A DNA stretch of 64,000 nucleotides from Spirochaetales bacterium. GTDB taxonomy: Bacteria > Spirochaetota > Spirochaetia > DSM-2461. The first letter of the stretch is position 1. The number at the start of each line of letters is the position of its first letter. Made by a program: the position numbers and the translations under genes. Positions 9,283 through 18,929 of this stretch are shown here, piece after piece. The notes beneath the pieces are model-generated. The model was not told the origin of the DNA, searched no databases, and worked only from the letters and a program-made list of their open reading frames with translations. The stretch spans positions 426-64,425 of the forward strand of contig JAFGYD010000100.1 in NCBI GenBank assembly GCA_016936295.1. Direction: 5' to 3'.

Positions 9283-11424
9283 ATGTTGAGAAATAAATTT
9301 AAACTTAAGGAATTTTATAGAAGTTTTTTAATATTGTTTACACTTCTTCTTTTGAATTCATGTACAATAAATCGAGTTTTTGAAATTAAGAAAGATGATT
9401 TTTTATCCAGAATGTCACAAAAGGATTACTCATTTCTCTCTGAAGTAGATTATTTAAAAAATAGTATAAAAGAGATAAACAGATTGGGTGATGGTGCATC
9501 ATACTACATGTCTTTTGTTTATAAAAATAATAACATGTTGTTGTTTAGCAATAAACTTCTATATCAGGAAATCCAAAATAAGCACCCTTATTATGGTCCA
9601 AAAGCTGCTTACGAATTATTGGATCAACTAATAGATGAGCGGGATTATATAAAAGCTGAAGCCCATGCATTAGACTTTTTAGATAATTATAAAGGTGTAT
9701 ATCCAGATATAACCAAGCAGTTAATAGAGTCTATGTACTGGCAGAAGAAAGATGAGCTTGTAATTCCATACATTGAAAATTTAGATAGATCTCTTTTTTC
9801 CGACTATGCAAATTATGAGTTGGATATGTTAAAAACTGTTTCGAGTGCACGTTTGTCTACTCCTGGTTGGGAAAAAGATTATATTAGTTTGTTTTTAAAT
9901 CAGCCGTTATCACCTCTCTTAGATAGAGCATATTCATTTATTGATGTATATCCTGAGTATGCCCAGGGTTTTACTAAAAACCAAAAAAACTTTTTCCTTG
10001 CAATGGCCTTGGGTAGTCGTGGTGATTATTCAAATGCTCAAAGAATTTTAAAGCCTTTACTGTTGTCTGAATCATGGATTTTAGGTTCTTCTCAATCAAT
10101 AAAAAATTGTTCAAATATTATAAAATCATCAAGATATATTAATCAGAACCTGGATGCTTTTCATACTGCTTTAAATCGAGTTGACTCTGCTTTTTATAAT
10201 GAAGCACTTGTTGCGTATGCTTCCCTCTATTTTAATATTGAAAGCTTTACTTCAACAGTCAATATTTTAGAAGATGAGTTAGATAAAATACCTTTTGGAA
10301 AAGTCAAAGATGATGCCATTTGGTTATATCTATTAAGTCTATCACATGTTGGTTTAGATAGAATTGTAACTAAGCTCGACTTCTATCTTGATAATCTTTC
10401 TGGTGAATCCTATTCCTCTGATATTATAGATCATGTCATCACAGGGTTGGTTCAGAATCAGGAATGGGAAATAATAAAGTCAATTGAACCTATAGTTAAT
10501 AAGTATGGAAAGATTGAGGATAAATCAAGAATTTCATGGATTATTTCCAGGCTTTATTATCATGAATTTCTTTTTACTAAGAATAGGGACAGTCAAATTG
10601 TTTCTATTTTGGATTCCATAGTTACTTCTGATAATAGTTCATATTATTCCTATTTAGCTAACGCACTCTTAAATAGGGAGTCTAATATTATATTAACAGA
10701 ACCTAAAAAAGTTGAAGAATTAACTGCTGACGATAAATGGATTGATGGATTTGTTAAATATGGTTTGGTGGATGAAGCTGTTTTGTACTCTAAACAGATA
10801 AAGGACTTGAACTATTCAGTCTCTGTAAATGTAGGTATTCAGTTGAACAAAGAAGATAAACATTTAGATTCTTTGAGGTTTTTATCTAGAAATAATGTTG
10901 AATTAAATAGTGAAACGTATAAATTATACTATCCACTACCTTATAAAGAGGAGATACTTACAGTCTCCGGTAAATACAACTTCCCTGCACCTCTCTTTGC
11001 GGGTCTAATGAGAACAGAGAGTGGATTTGATATGCATGTTGTTTCTTCTGCAGGTGCAGTAGGAATAACACAGTTAATGCCTGAAACCGCAATTGAGCAA
11101 GCTAATGATATTGGTATTAAAAATCCGAACCTAAACGATCCAGATACTAATATTCTCCTAGGAGGAACATATATTAATTGGCTGATAGAGAGATTTGATA
11201 CTCTTCCAATCTCTTTTATGGCTTATAATGCTGGTCCTGGCAATGTTTGGAGATGGCAGCGAGGTTGGGGTGACATTCCAGATGAGCTCTTTATAGAGGC
11301 TTCTCCTTATCAGGAGACCAGGGATTATGTTCCAAAAATTTTAAGAGCTGCTATATATTACGGGCATGAAGAATTTAATACATCACCGTATGAAGTAGTT
11401 AAAAGTCTATTTAATGATATTTAG
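9283..11424 (+). CDS. Slt-type lytic transglycosylase, probable lipoprotein
   Basis: C-terminal RTESGF, AGAVGITQLMP, AYNAG and ETRDYV motifs. LNSC lipobox. Confidence 0.9.
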   Translation: MLRNKFKLKEFYRSFLILFTLLLLNSCTINRVFEIKKDDFLSRMSQKDYSFLSEVDYLKNSIKEINRLGDGASYYMSFVYKNNNMLLFSNKLLYQEIQNKHPYYGPKAAYELLDQLIDERDYIKAEAHALDFLDNYKGVYPDITKQLIESMYWQKKDELVIPYIENLDRSLFSDYANYELDMLKTVSSARLSTPGWEKDYISLFLNQPLSPLLDRAYSFIDVYPEYAQGFTKNQKNFFLAMALGSRGDYSNAQRILKPLLLSESWILGSSQSIKNCSNIIKSSRYINQNLDAFHTALNRVDSAFYNEALVAYASLYFNIESFTSTVNILEDELDKIPFGKVKDDAIWLYLLSLSHVGLDRIVTKLDFYLDNLSGESYSSDIIDHVITGLVQNQEWEIIKSIEPIVNKYGKIEDKSRISWIISRLYYHEFLFTKNRDSQIVSILDSIVTSDNSSYYSYLANALLNRESNIILTEPKKVEELTADDKWIDGFVKYGLVDEAVLYSKQIKDLNYSVSVNVGIQLNKEDKHLDSLRFLSRNNVELNSETYKLYYPLPYKEEILTVSGKYNFPAPLFAGLMRTESGFDMHVVSSAGAVGITQLMPETAIEQANDIGIKNPNLNDPDTNILLGGTYINWLIERFDTLPISFMAYNAGPGNVWRWQRGWGDIPDELFIEASPYQETRDYVPKILRAAIYYGHEEFNTSPYEVVKSLFNDI

Positions 11425-11438
11425 TATTAGGGGTTAAT

Positions 11439-12233
11439 ATGAGTTTTTTACAAGGTTTTATTTTAAGTGTTATACAGGGAATTGCGGAATTTTTACCAAT
11501 ATCAAGTTCAGGACATCTGCTTGTTGTTAGAAATTTTATGAATCTTGAGGATGCTCCTGTAATCTTTGATATTCTTTTACATTTTGCTACATTAGTTGTA
11601 ATTGTTGTTGTTTTTAGAAAAAGAATATGGTCTTTAATTAAAGTTTTATTCGAGTTGAAGAATTTAAAAACAGACAATGATGTAAAACAACGATTTAATG
11701 TGGTTCTTTTTATATTATTATCGACTTTTATAACAGCTGTTATGGGTGTGTTTATAGATGGGTTAGAAATTAGTAATCCTAAAATTGTATATTCATTATT
11801 TATCTTTACTGGTTCGTTTTTATTTGTAGGAAAATATTTAAAAGGATCAGTCGATTTTACAAAAATGGGAATTAAAAACTCTGTCCTTATTGGAATTTCC
11901 CAGGGTATTGGGGTTCTCCCTGGTGTTTCCAGATCTGGGATTACAATTACTACAGGTGTATTTTCGGGATTATCAAGAGAGGCTGCTTCTGAGTACTCTT
12001 TTATTATTTCAATTCCAGCTATAGTTGGAGCAGTTGTATTAAAAATTGGTGAAGCAGAAGCTCTACTTGATGTTGTTTCACTTCCTGTTGTTATCTTTTC
12101 TTTAATTGTTACAATGTTTGTAGGCTACTTCTCATTAAAACTTTTATTAAAGCTGCTAAATTCAGGAAAGTTCCATTATTTTAGTTTTTATCTAATTCCA
12201 CTTGGAATTTTAGGTTTAATTTGGGGTAAATAA
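11439..12233 (+). CDS. uppP: Undecaprenyl-diphosphatase
   Basis: QGIAEFLPISSSGH and PGVSRSGITI. Confidence 0.95.
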   Translation: MSFLQGFILSVIQGIAEFLPISSSGHLLVVRNFMNLEDAPVIFDILLHFATLVVIVVVFRKRIWSLIKVLFELKNLKTDNDVKQRFNVVLFILLSTFITAVMGVFIDGLEISNPKIVYSLFIFTGSFLFVGKYLKGSVDFTKMGIKNSVLIGISQGIGVLPGVSRSGITITTGVFSGLSREAASEYSFIISIPAIVGAVVLKIGEAEALLDVVSLPVVIFSLIVTMFVGYFSLKLLLKLLNSGKFHYFSFYLIPLGILGLIWGK

Positions 12234-12273
12234 AGATTTTATTCTTCCGATATTTAGATGAAGGAGAATTGAA

Positions 12274-14799
12274 TTGTTAAAAAAACATGATATGACTGTA
12301 GCTATATCACTTATGGTTACAGGTTCTATACAACTTATACTATTATTATCGATAATGCTTGGATTTAAAGGGGATTTAATAAGTCGCTATTTATATTCTG
12401 CATTTCATATAGGCTCTATATATCTTCCTATTCTTCAGTACTTGGGAGCCTATTTAATTGTAAAGAAACCTTTTAAGCTTAAATTATTTTATTACTCAAT
12501 CTCTTCTGTTATTATATTTTTCCCTGTAGCTACTCTCTTAAAGCTCTTATTTTCAGATTCTGATGATGCAGTAATTAAATTTTTACATAGTGCATTTGAT
12601 ACCCCTGATAGGAAATGGGGGTCTGCATTTATTCTTCTTTGCTTTATCTTGATTCTATCTCTATCTGCAAGAATTATTGTAAATTACTTTTTGAAAGGGA
12701 ATGATACAGAAAATGAGGAGAAGGTTAAATCCGAAATTAAATTTAATCCTGTAAGTCTTGAGGTTGACGAAGAAGATTCAGAAGACGAAGTAGATTCTGA
12801 GGATGAAGTAGAAGATACAGAGGACGAAGAAGAAACAGAGGATGAAGAAGATTCTGAATACGAAGAAGATTCAGAGTACGAAGAGTCTGAAGATGAGGAT
12901 TTAGGTTATAAAATTGATCAAATCAAGAGAGAGATTAATGAATACTATATTTCAGAGCAACATGAAAAAGATTTAAATATACCATTTGAAGAACCAGAAT
13001 TTCCGGAAGTTACAGAGGAAGTTGATATAGATGAATATGATAAAACCAATGCATTATTATCCCAATCAATTTATGGCGATCTTTCAAATGAAGAGAGTGA
13101 TTATTTAAATAGTTTTGACGAAATTGAGACCTTTACTCCATCTGATATTTCCACAGATGAACTTTTTGAAGAAGACCCGGCAATAGCATTTTTAGCTAGT
13201 GAAGATGATTATGATTTTGAACATAGCGAATTACTTGATGAACTTGAAGACGACGATGAAGAAGATGAGATTGAAGAGGTGTATGTTGCTCCCAAGCCAA
13301 GGGTTTTAATGCCGGAAGTGGTTACAGAAACCTACGAAGATTTAAATCATAACCCAGAGTATACCGTACCTATAGGTGGTATTTTAGGTGTTCGAGAGGA
13401 TCTTTCTTACGAAGAAATTGATGATGCGACTAAAAGATCGGCATCAATTTTAGAACAGACATTAGAGGAATTTAATATAAAAGGAAAAGTTACCGGAATT
13501 AAAAAAGGGCCTGTAATTACAATGTTTGAACTTCTTCCTGCTCCAGGAGTAAAACTTTCAAAAATTGTAAATCTTTCAGATAATATTGCTTTAGGATTAG
13601 CAGCATCCAGTGTAAGGATTGTTGCCCCTATACCTGGGAAGCATGCTGTAGGGATAGAAGTTCCAAATAAAAAAAGATCGGTTGTTACATTTTCCGAGTT
13701 AATAGATGCTGAAGATGAGTCATATGATAATAGTGCTGTTCCAATAGTTTTAGGAAAGAGTATTAATGGTGATAAAAAAATTATTGATTTGGCTCGAACA
13801 CCTCATCTATTAATTGCCGGGGCAACAGGAGCTGGTAAATCGGTTTGTGTTAACTCCCTAATCTGTTCTATTTTATGTAAAAGATCACATAACGATGTTA
13901 AATTAATAATGGTAGACCCTAAAATTGTTGAGTTAAAACTTTATAACGGTATTCCACATCTATTAACACCTGTTATTACAGATCCTAAGCGGGCTTTTCA
14001 GGCAATTCAGTGGTGTCTTTATGAAATGGAAAGAAGATATGCCCTGCTTGATACTATGGGTGTTCGTGATATTAGTTCCTTTAATCGAAGAATTAAGGAA
14101 CAAAAGATTGCAACTACAAAATTACCTTATCTGGTACTTATTGTAGATGAGTTTGCCGACTTAATGGCTACTTCCGGGAAGGAATTAGAAGGTATACTTG
14201 CAAGACTTGCAGCTATGAGCCGTGCAGTAGGGATACATTTGGTTTTAGCGACACAAAGACCTTCTATTGATGTTATTACAGGATTAATTAAAGCAAACTT
14301 TCCATCAAGAATTGCATTTATGGTTTCCAGTAAAACTGACTCAAGAATTATTTTGGATGGAATGGGTGCAGAAAAGTTATTAGGCCGGGGAGATATGTTA
14401 TTTACATCATCTTGGGACCCTTTTCCTGTAAGAATTCAGGGGTCTTTTTTATCTGATGAAGAAGTTGAAAGTATTGTGGATTATGTTAAAGAGTTAGGTG
14501 AACCAGAATATATAGATGATGAAATATTTTTAGACGATGATGACGATGATTCCGTTGAAGATGATAGTACGTATTACGGTGATGACCCACTATTTAACAG
14601 AGCATTGGAAATTGTTTTAAATGCAGGTAAAGCATCAGCATCTTTTTTACAACGAAGGTTAAAAATAGGGTATAATAGAGCTGCAAGACTTGTGGAGGAG
14701 ATGGAAGAGCGGGGTATTATTGGTCCACAAAATGGTAGTAAGCCCAGAGATATTCTAAGGGTTCCCGATAGCCATAGAGAGGTTAGTGAATTTGTATAG
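12274..14799 (+). CDS. ftsK: DNA translocase FtsK
   Basis: N-terminal TMs, acidic linker, GATGAGKS, VDEFADLM, LATQRPS and gamma domain LQRRLKIGYNRAARL. Confidence 0.96.
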   Translation: MLKKHDMTVAISLMVTGSIQLILLLSIMLGFKGDLISRYLYSAFHIGSIYLPILQYLGAYLIVKKPFKLKLFYYSISSVIIFFPVATLLKLLFSDSDDAVIKFLHSAFDTPDRKWGSAFILLCFILILSLSARIIVNYFLKGNDTENEEKVKSEIKFNPVSLEVDEEDSEDEVDSEDEVEDTEDEEETEDEEDSEYEEDSEYEESEDEDLGYKIDQIKREINEYYISEQHEKDLNIPFEEPEFPEVTEEVDIDEYDKTNALLSQSIYGDLSNEESDYLNSFDEIETFTPSDISTDELFEEDPAIAFLASEDDYDFEHSELLDELEDDDEEDEIEEVYVAPKPRVLMPEVVTETYEDLNHNPEYTVPIGGILGVREDLSYEEIDDATKRSASILEQTLEEFNIKGKVTGIKKGPVITMFELLPAPGVKLSKIVNLSDNIALGLAASSVRIVAPIPGKHAVGIEVPNKKRSVVTFSELIDAEDESYDNSAVPIVLGKSINGDKKIIDLARTPHLLIAGATGAGKSVCVNSLICSILCKRSHNDVKLIMVDPKIVELKLYNGIPHLLTPVITDPKRAFQAIQWCLYEMERRYALLDTMGVRDISSFNRRIKEQKIATTKLPYLVLIVDEFADLMATSGKELEGILARLAAMSRAVGIHLVLATQRPSIDVITGLIKANFPSRIAFMVSSKTDSRIILDGMGAEKLLGRGDMLFTSSWDPFPVRIQGSFLSDEEVESIVDYVKELGEPEYIDDEIFLDDDDDDSVEDDSTYYGDDPLFNRALEIVLNAGKASASFLQRRLKIGYNRAARLVEEMEERGIIGPQNGSKPRDILRVPDSHREVSEFV
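12769..12900 (+). repeat. Imperfect ~18-nt tandem repeat encoding an acidic (EED[ST]E[DY]) linker in ftsK
   Basis: gaagaagattcagaagac / gaagtagattctgaggat / gaagaagaaacagaggat / gaagaagattctgaatac / gaagaagattcagagtac. Confidence 0.75.
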
Positions 14800-15598
14800 T
14801 AATTATCCATATTTTGATAAACCTGTAAAAATTGTAGCCCATAGAGGAGATTCAAAATTCTTTCCTGAAAACTCCATGATAGCTTTTGAAAGTGCTGTGG
14901 AGCTTGGAGTCGATGTAATTGAAACAGATGTTCACATAAGTTCCGATGGTGTTATATTTGTGTGGCACGACGATGATACTTTTCAACTGGATGGAAGTAA
15001 GGTTCCGGTTTCTAATAGAAGCTGGGATGAACTTAAGCAGTTAGACCTAGGTTTTTTATACATTGATAAAGAGGGAAAGAGACCATTTTCCAGTAAGGGG
15101 ATATCTTTAACAACTTTTAAAGATGTCTTAAGAGCATTTCCTAACACAAGATTCAATGTTGATTTAAAAGATAAAAAAGCGGAACTTGTTACTGGGTTTT
15201 TTTCACTTCTTGAAGAGGAAAATGCTTTTAACAGGGTTGTTGTAGCTTCATTTCATGAAGAAAATTTAAAACTTATAAGAACAATGTCCGATAAGGTTGC
15301 AACTTCTTACGGAAAAGGCGAAGTTTTATTAAGAGTTCTTTTAGATAAAGTTAAGCTATTTAGATTATGTTCAAATTTTTTACCAAGGCATCCAGTAATG
15401 CAAGTTCCTGTCGCCTCGGGATTGATTAGAGTCGTTACAAAGAGATTTATAAAAATACTACATAAACGTGGTATAAAAATACAAGTTTGGACTATAAACG
15501 ATGAATTCCAAATGAGAAATCTGTTAAAAATGGGTGTTGATGGAATTATGACAGATGATCCAAGGCTTTTAATATCAACTTTAAAGAGAAAAGTTTAA
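14786..15598 (+). CDS. Glycerophosphodiester phosphodiesterase
   Basis: AHRG, PENS, IETDVH, WTIND and GIMTDDP. Confidence 0.92.
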   Translation: MNLYSNYPYFDKPVKIVAHRGDSKFFPENSMIAFESAVELGVDVIETDVHISSDGVIFVWHDDDTFQLDGSKVPVSNRSWDELKQLDLGFLYIDKEGKRPFSSKGISLTTFKDVLRAFPNTRFNVDLKDKKAELVTGFFSLLEEENAFNRVVVASFHEENLKLIRTMSDKVATSYGKGEVLLRVLLDKVKLFRLCSNFLPRHPVMQVPVASGLIRVVTKRFIKILHKRGIKIQVWTINDEFQMRNLLKMGVDGIMTDDPRLLISTLKRKV

Positions 15599-16213
15599 TA
15601 ACTCTTTTCTATGGTTTAAATGATTTGGATCTAACCTGTTAACAATATCCCAAAACGCTTTAGAGTGATTCATTTCTATTAAATGGGCAACTTCGTGAAT
15701 TACTAAATAGTGGAGTAATCTGCTATTAGTTAACACAATCTTCCAATTAAAATTTAGATTTTTAAGACCACTACAACTTCCCCATCTGCTTTTCTGAGAT
15801 TTGATATAAATTTTATTGTAATTAATATTTAAAATATCAGTGTAGTAGTTTACAAGTTCTGTGATCTCTTTCTTTGCCTCTTTTTTATACCAACTAATGA
15901 CAATTGGGTTTATATCTGTGATTAAAGGTATGTAGATTTTGTTCGAATCAGTAAATATTTTATTTATTGAATTTCCTTTATGTATTTTATATGTATTATC
16001 CAGGAATCTAAGTTCCTCTTTTGTGTTAAAATTAAATTTTTCTTCTGTTGTTTTTACTTTTTCAATACTTCTTTCAATCCAGTTTTTATTTTGTAGCACA
16101 AAGTCTTCAATCGCTTTTTTAGTTACAAAATGAGGGCTTTTTACAAGTATATCTCCATTATTTGTTATGGATAATCTTAAAGTTTTTCTTTTGCTTCGTT
16201 CAATTTTTAACAC
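15581..16213 (-). CDS. YgjP/DUF45-family metal-dependent hydrolase
   Basis: RWGSCS and HEVAH...NHSKAFW. Confidence 0.9.
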   Translation of the reverse strand: MLKIERSKRKTLRLSITNNGDILVKSPHFVTKKAIEDFVLQNKNWIERSIEKVKTTEEKFNFNTKEELRFLDNTYKIHKGNSINKIFTDSNKIYIPLITDINPIVISWYKKEAKKEITELVNYYTDILNINYNKIYIKSQKSRWGSCSGLKNLNFNWKIVLTNSRLLHYLVIHEVAHLIEMNHSKAFWDIVNRLDPNHLNHRKELLNFSL

Positions 16214-16261
16214 AGTGTGATTTTATATTTTTATGGATTTTATAGCAATAAAACTCTAAGC

Positions 16262-16291
16262 TTGATATTAGTAAAAAAGCTGAAGTATAAT
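16262..16291 (+). promoter_or_regulatory. sigma70 promoter upstream of ktrB
   Basis: TTGATA-N18-TATAAT. Confidence 0.55.
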
Positions 16292-16418
16292 TGTAATTCA
16301 AAGCGGAAGAATGATACATTTACCGATAGTTAAAATAACATGAATTCTTGGCATGTTAAATTCGCTCTAATTTTAAATGTGTCTATTTAGGTAAACAGTG
16401 AAACATTAAGAGGAAAAT

Positions 16419-17936
16419 ATGAAGCAAAATATATTACTTTTTAAAAACAACCGACCAGAAACATCTTTAGTTTGGGGATATTTGAGTTATGCTTTAATCG
16501 GCGTTATTCTTTTATCACTTCCTTGGTTCAGAAATGTTGGAATAACATTTATTGACAACTTGTTTATTACAATTTCTGCAATTTCTACAACAGGTCTGGC
16601 CTCAGTTAGCGTACCTGACAGCTATTCCATTATCGGGCAGGTTGTTATTTTATTATTGATTCAGCTTGGTGGTATTGGTTATATGACTTTTGGATCGTTT
16701 GTCGTTTTATCTACAAGTCAGTCATTATCCGACAGCCGATTAAATGTTCATCGAACAGCTTTTAGTCTTCCAAAAGATTTTAGTATCAAAAAGTTTGTAA
16801 AGAGTGTAGTTATATATACAGCAATAGTTGAAATTATAGGAGCCATTTTTCTTACATTTGTATTCTGGAATGACGATCGGGCAAACCCGGTTTGGAGTGG
16901 TATTTTTCACAGCATTTCTTCCTTTTGTACCGCTGGATTCAGCCTTTATAATAACAGTTTTGAAAGTTATGCCAATAATTTTCAGCTAAATATAATCGTA
17001 TCAATTCTCAGTTTTTTAGGTGCAATTGGATATATTGTCATGATTGATGTTTGGCTTTTATTAAAAGGGAAGAAAAATTCTATAACTTTTACCAGTAAAA
17101 TTATTCTTGGAACTACTTTTATCTTGTTTTTTGTAGGAGCGTTTTTGTTACTTCTGGAAAATTATTTAAAGTCAAAAACTGTTTCCAACGAATTCATACA
17201 CTTTTGTTTTCAATCTATGACTGCATTGACAACTGTTGGCTTTAATACTGTTCCAATTGGAGAATTGCGATCTTTCTCGTTGTTTGTACTGTTGATTTTA
17301 ATGATTATTGGTGCTTCTCCATCAGGAACAGGTGGAGGAATAAAGTCTACGACCGTAAGTAGCATTATTGGAATTATTAAAAGCGTATTTTCTAACCATA
17401 AAGAATACATTAATTATCATAATCCAATAACTAAACAAAATGCCATTGAAGAAGAAAAGATATCAGCATTGAGTCGTTTTGTTCATATTTTCTCAAGAAA
17501 ACATGTTATGGAAACAGATCAGACGATTCCTGCTGCTATAGCAGAAGATGACTCCCAAAAATTAAACAATGAATTGAACAAGATTCTTGGCGATATTTTT
17601 AAAATAAAGCTATTAGGCAGAACAATCCCTTTTGACCGGATAATACATGCAATTGCAACTTTTGCCTTTTATTTCATAATCCTGTTCCTTGGGGTATTGT
17701 TCTTGTTGTTGAGCGAACAATTTAGCTTTGAACAGATATTTTTTGAGGCTGCTTCAGGTCTGGGTACAGTAGGATTGAGTACCGGTATAACTGGTCAATT
17801 AACAGTTACCGGCAAAATAATTATTATATTACTAATGTTTATTGGTCGTTTAGGTCCGATTACATTTGGAGTTTTTTTGTTTAGTAGGGAATTAAAAAGA
17901 AAACCGATAGAAGAACATGAAGAATTGGTTATATAA
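16419..17936 (+). CDS. TrkH/KtrB-family potassium uptake membrane subunit
   Basis: Four pore-loop motifs (STTGL, CTAGF, TTVGF, GTVGL), SPSGTGGGIK and MFIGRLG. Confidence 0.93.
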   Translation: MKQNILLFKNNRPETSLVWGYLSYALIGVILLSLPWFRNVGITFIDNLFITISAISTTGLASVSVPDSYSIIGQVVILLLIQLGGIGYMTFGSFVVLSTSQSLSDSRLNVHRTAFSLPKDFSIKKFVKSVVIYTAIVEIIGAIFLTFVFWNDDRANPVWSGIFHSISSFCTAGFSLYNNSFESYANNFQLNIIVSILSFLGAIGYIVMIDVWLLLKGKKNSITFTSKIILGTTFILFFVGAFLLLLENYLKSKTVSNEFIHFCFQSMTALTTVGFNTVPIGELRSFSLFVLLILMIIGASPSGTGGGIKSTTVSSIIGIIKSVFSNHKEYINYHNPITKQNAIEEEKISALSRFVHIFSRKHVMETDQTIPAAIAEDDSQKLNNELNKILGDIFKIKLLGRTIPFDRIIHAIATFAFYFIILFLGVLFLLLSEQFSFEQIFFEAASGLGTVGLSTGITGQLTVTGKIIIILLMFIGRLGPITFGVFLFSRELKRKPIEEHEELVI

Positions 17937-18099
17937 CACTCCGCCATCCATGGCTCTGGGGCTTTCCCGTGGCATGTGCAGGCTTTATATCCCTTCCCCT
18001 TCGCTTCAACCTGTGGCATCTTTCAATTTTCCTGTTTCTGGCAAAGCAAGAAAGTAGTCAACACCTTCCCTTTGCTCATGTTGTAAAACAAGTTAAAAC
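17930..18099 (+). mobile_element. Possible degenerate attC-like (integron cassette) site
   Basis: Stop codon lies within ATATAAC, followed by a GC-rich tract atypical of this window and a distal GTTAAAAC core-like site. Complementary arms were not clearly resolved. Confidence 0.35.
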
Positions 18100-18168
18100 G
18101 ACAGACTATTTATTTGCGGTTCGAGAAAAAACCTTAAGAAAGCTGCAAAAATAATTAATAAAGAGGAA

Positions 18169-18193
18169 TAAAAAAGAGACCCAAAGGTCTCTT
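18169..18193 (-). terminator. Intrinsic terminator of the ECF operon
   Basis: AAGAGACC-caaa-GGTCTCTT hairpin with an A-run on the left. Confidence 0.75.
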
Positions 18194-18196
18194 CTA

Positions 18197-18649
18197 CTAA
18201 CCTATTAACTTCTTTTTTGAAATACCTATAAGTGGTTCAAGTACTACTAAAATATATATAACACCGTAAAAAATAGATATAGATAGCACTCCTAAATACC
18301 TGGGAAGTGCTGAGGCATCAGACAATCCTTCTAGCATTCCTATTCCGCCAATAAAAGTTGCAACAAATATTGCTGATACTACAAGTTTCTTTTGAATAGT
18401 AAAGAAATTTATAGCCTGTTCCAATTTTTTCCTGTCTCCTGTTCCCTGAGTTGTAAAAATCTCTTTTATTATTTCATTCTGCTCCCTAAATGGATAGATG
18501 AAGGAAGCTATAAAGTATGGTAGTAGAGGAACAAAAATTAATGATGGAATATCTAGGTAGAGTAAAAGTGAATTACCACCAATGATAACTCCCCATAGAA
18601 TAATAATCATAGTAATGATTATTTGAATAACAAATCTTTTTTTAGTCAT
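18197..18649 (-). CDS. Small membrane protein resembling the MotA/PomA transmembrane segments
   Basis: YLDIPSLIFV and FIGGIGMLEGLSD...LGVLSISIFYG resemble MotA TM motifs. Confidence 0.55.
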   Translation of the reverse strand: MTKKRFVIQIIITMIIILWGVIIGGNSLLLYLDIPSLIFVPLLPYFIASFIYPFREQNEIIKEIFTTQGTGDRKKLEQAINFFTIQKKLVVSAIFVATFIGGIGMLEGLSDASALPRYLGVLSISIFYGVIYILVVLEPLIGISKKKLIG

Positions 18650-18929
18650 TTAAATCTCCTTTTTCCGAATAATAAAGATCAATCTGCTGGAAAACCCGGG
18701 TAATATCCTTTTTAATTGTCTCTCTATTATTTGGGGATATTGTCAAATTCCTAATTCTTGAGTTGTAGGAACCTGGCATATATACAATAACCATTGAAAA
18801 AATTGCTATTGATGCTAGCAATATATTCTCCCATGGTCTAATTGTTTTTTTTGTAATAATAGTTGGCAATGGAGGTGCTTTAATTTTAGAAACTTCCAAA
18901 TCATAATAGTTTTTAATAGTTGTTTGCAT
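18642..18929 (-). CDS. Putative single-TM anti-sigma factor
   Basis: Overlaps the ECF sigma stop codon and has one central hydrophobic helix. Confidence 0.55.
   Translation of the reverse strand: MQTTIKNYYDLEVSKIKAPPLPTIITKKTIRPWENILLASIAIFSMVIVYMPGSYNSRIRNLTISPNNRETIKKDITRVFQQIDLYYSEKGDLND

Noticed and set aside
12769-12900. Periodic repeats as a possible CRISPR array
   Set aside because: These are in-frame coding repeats without unique spacers, and no cas genes are present.
17969-18154. 61-aa ORF downstream of ktrB
   Set aside because: It starts inside the GC-rich attC-like tract with no RBS or family motif. Only its 3' end is mentioned, speculatively, in the cassette finding.
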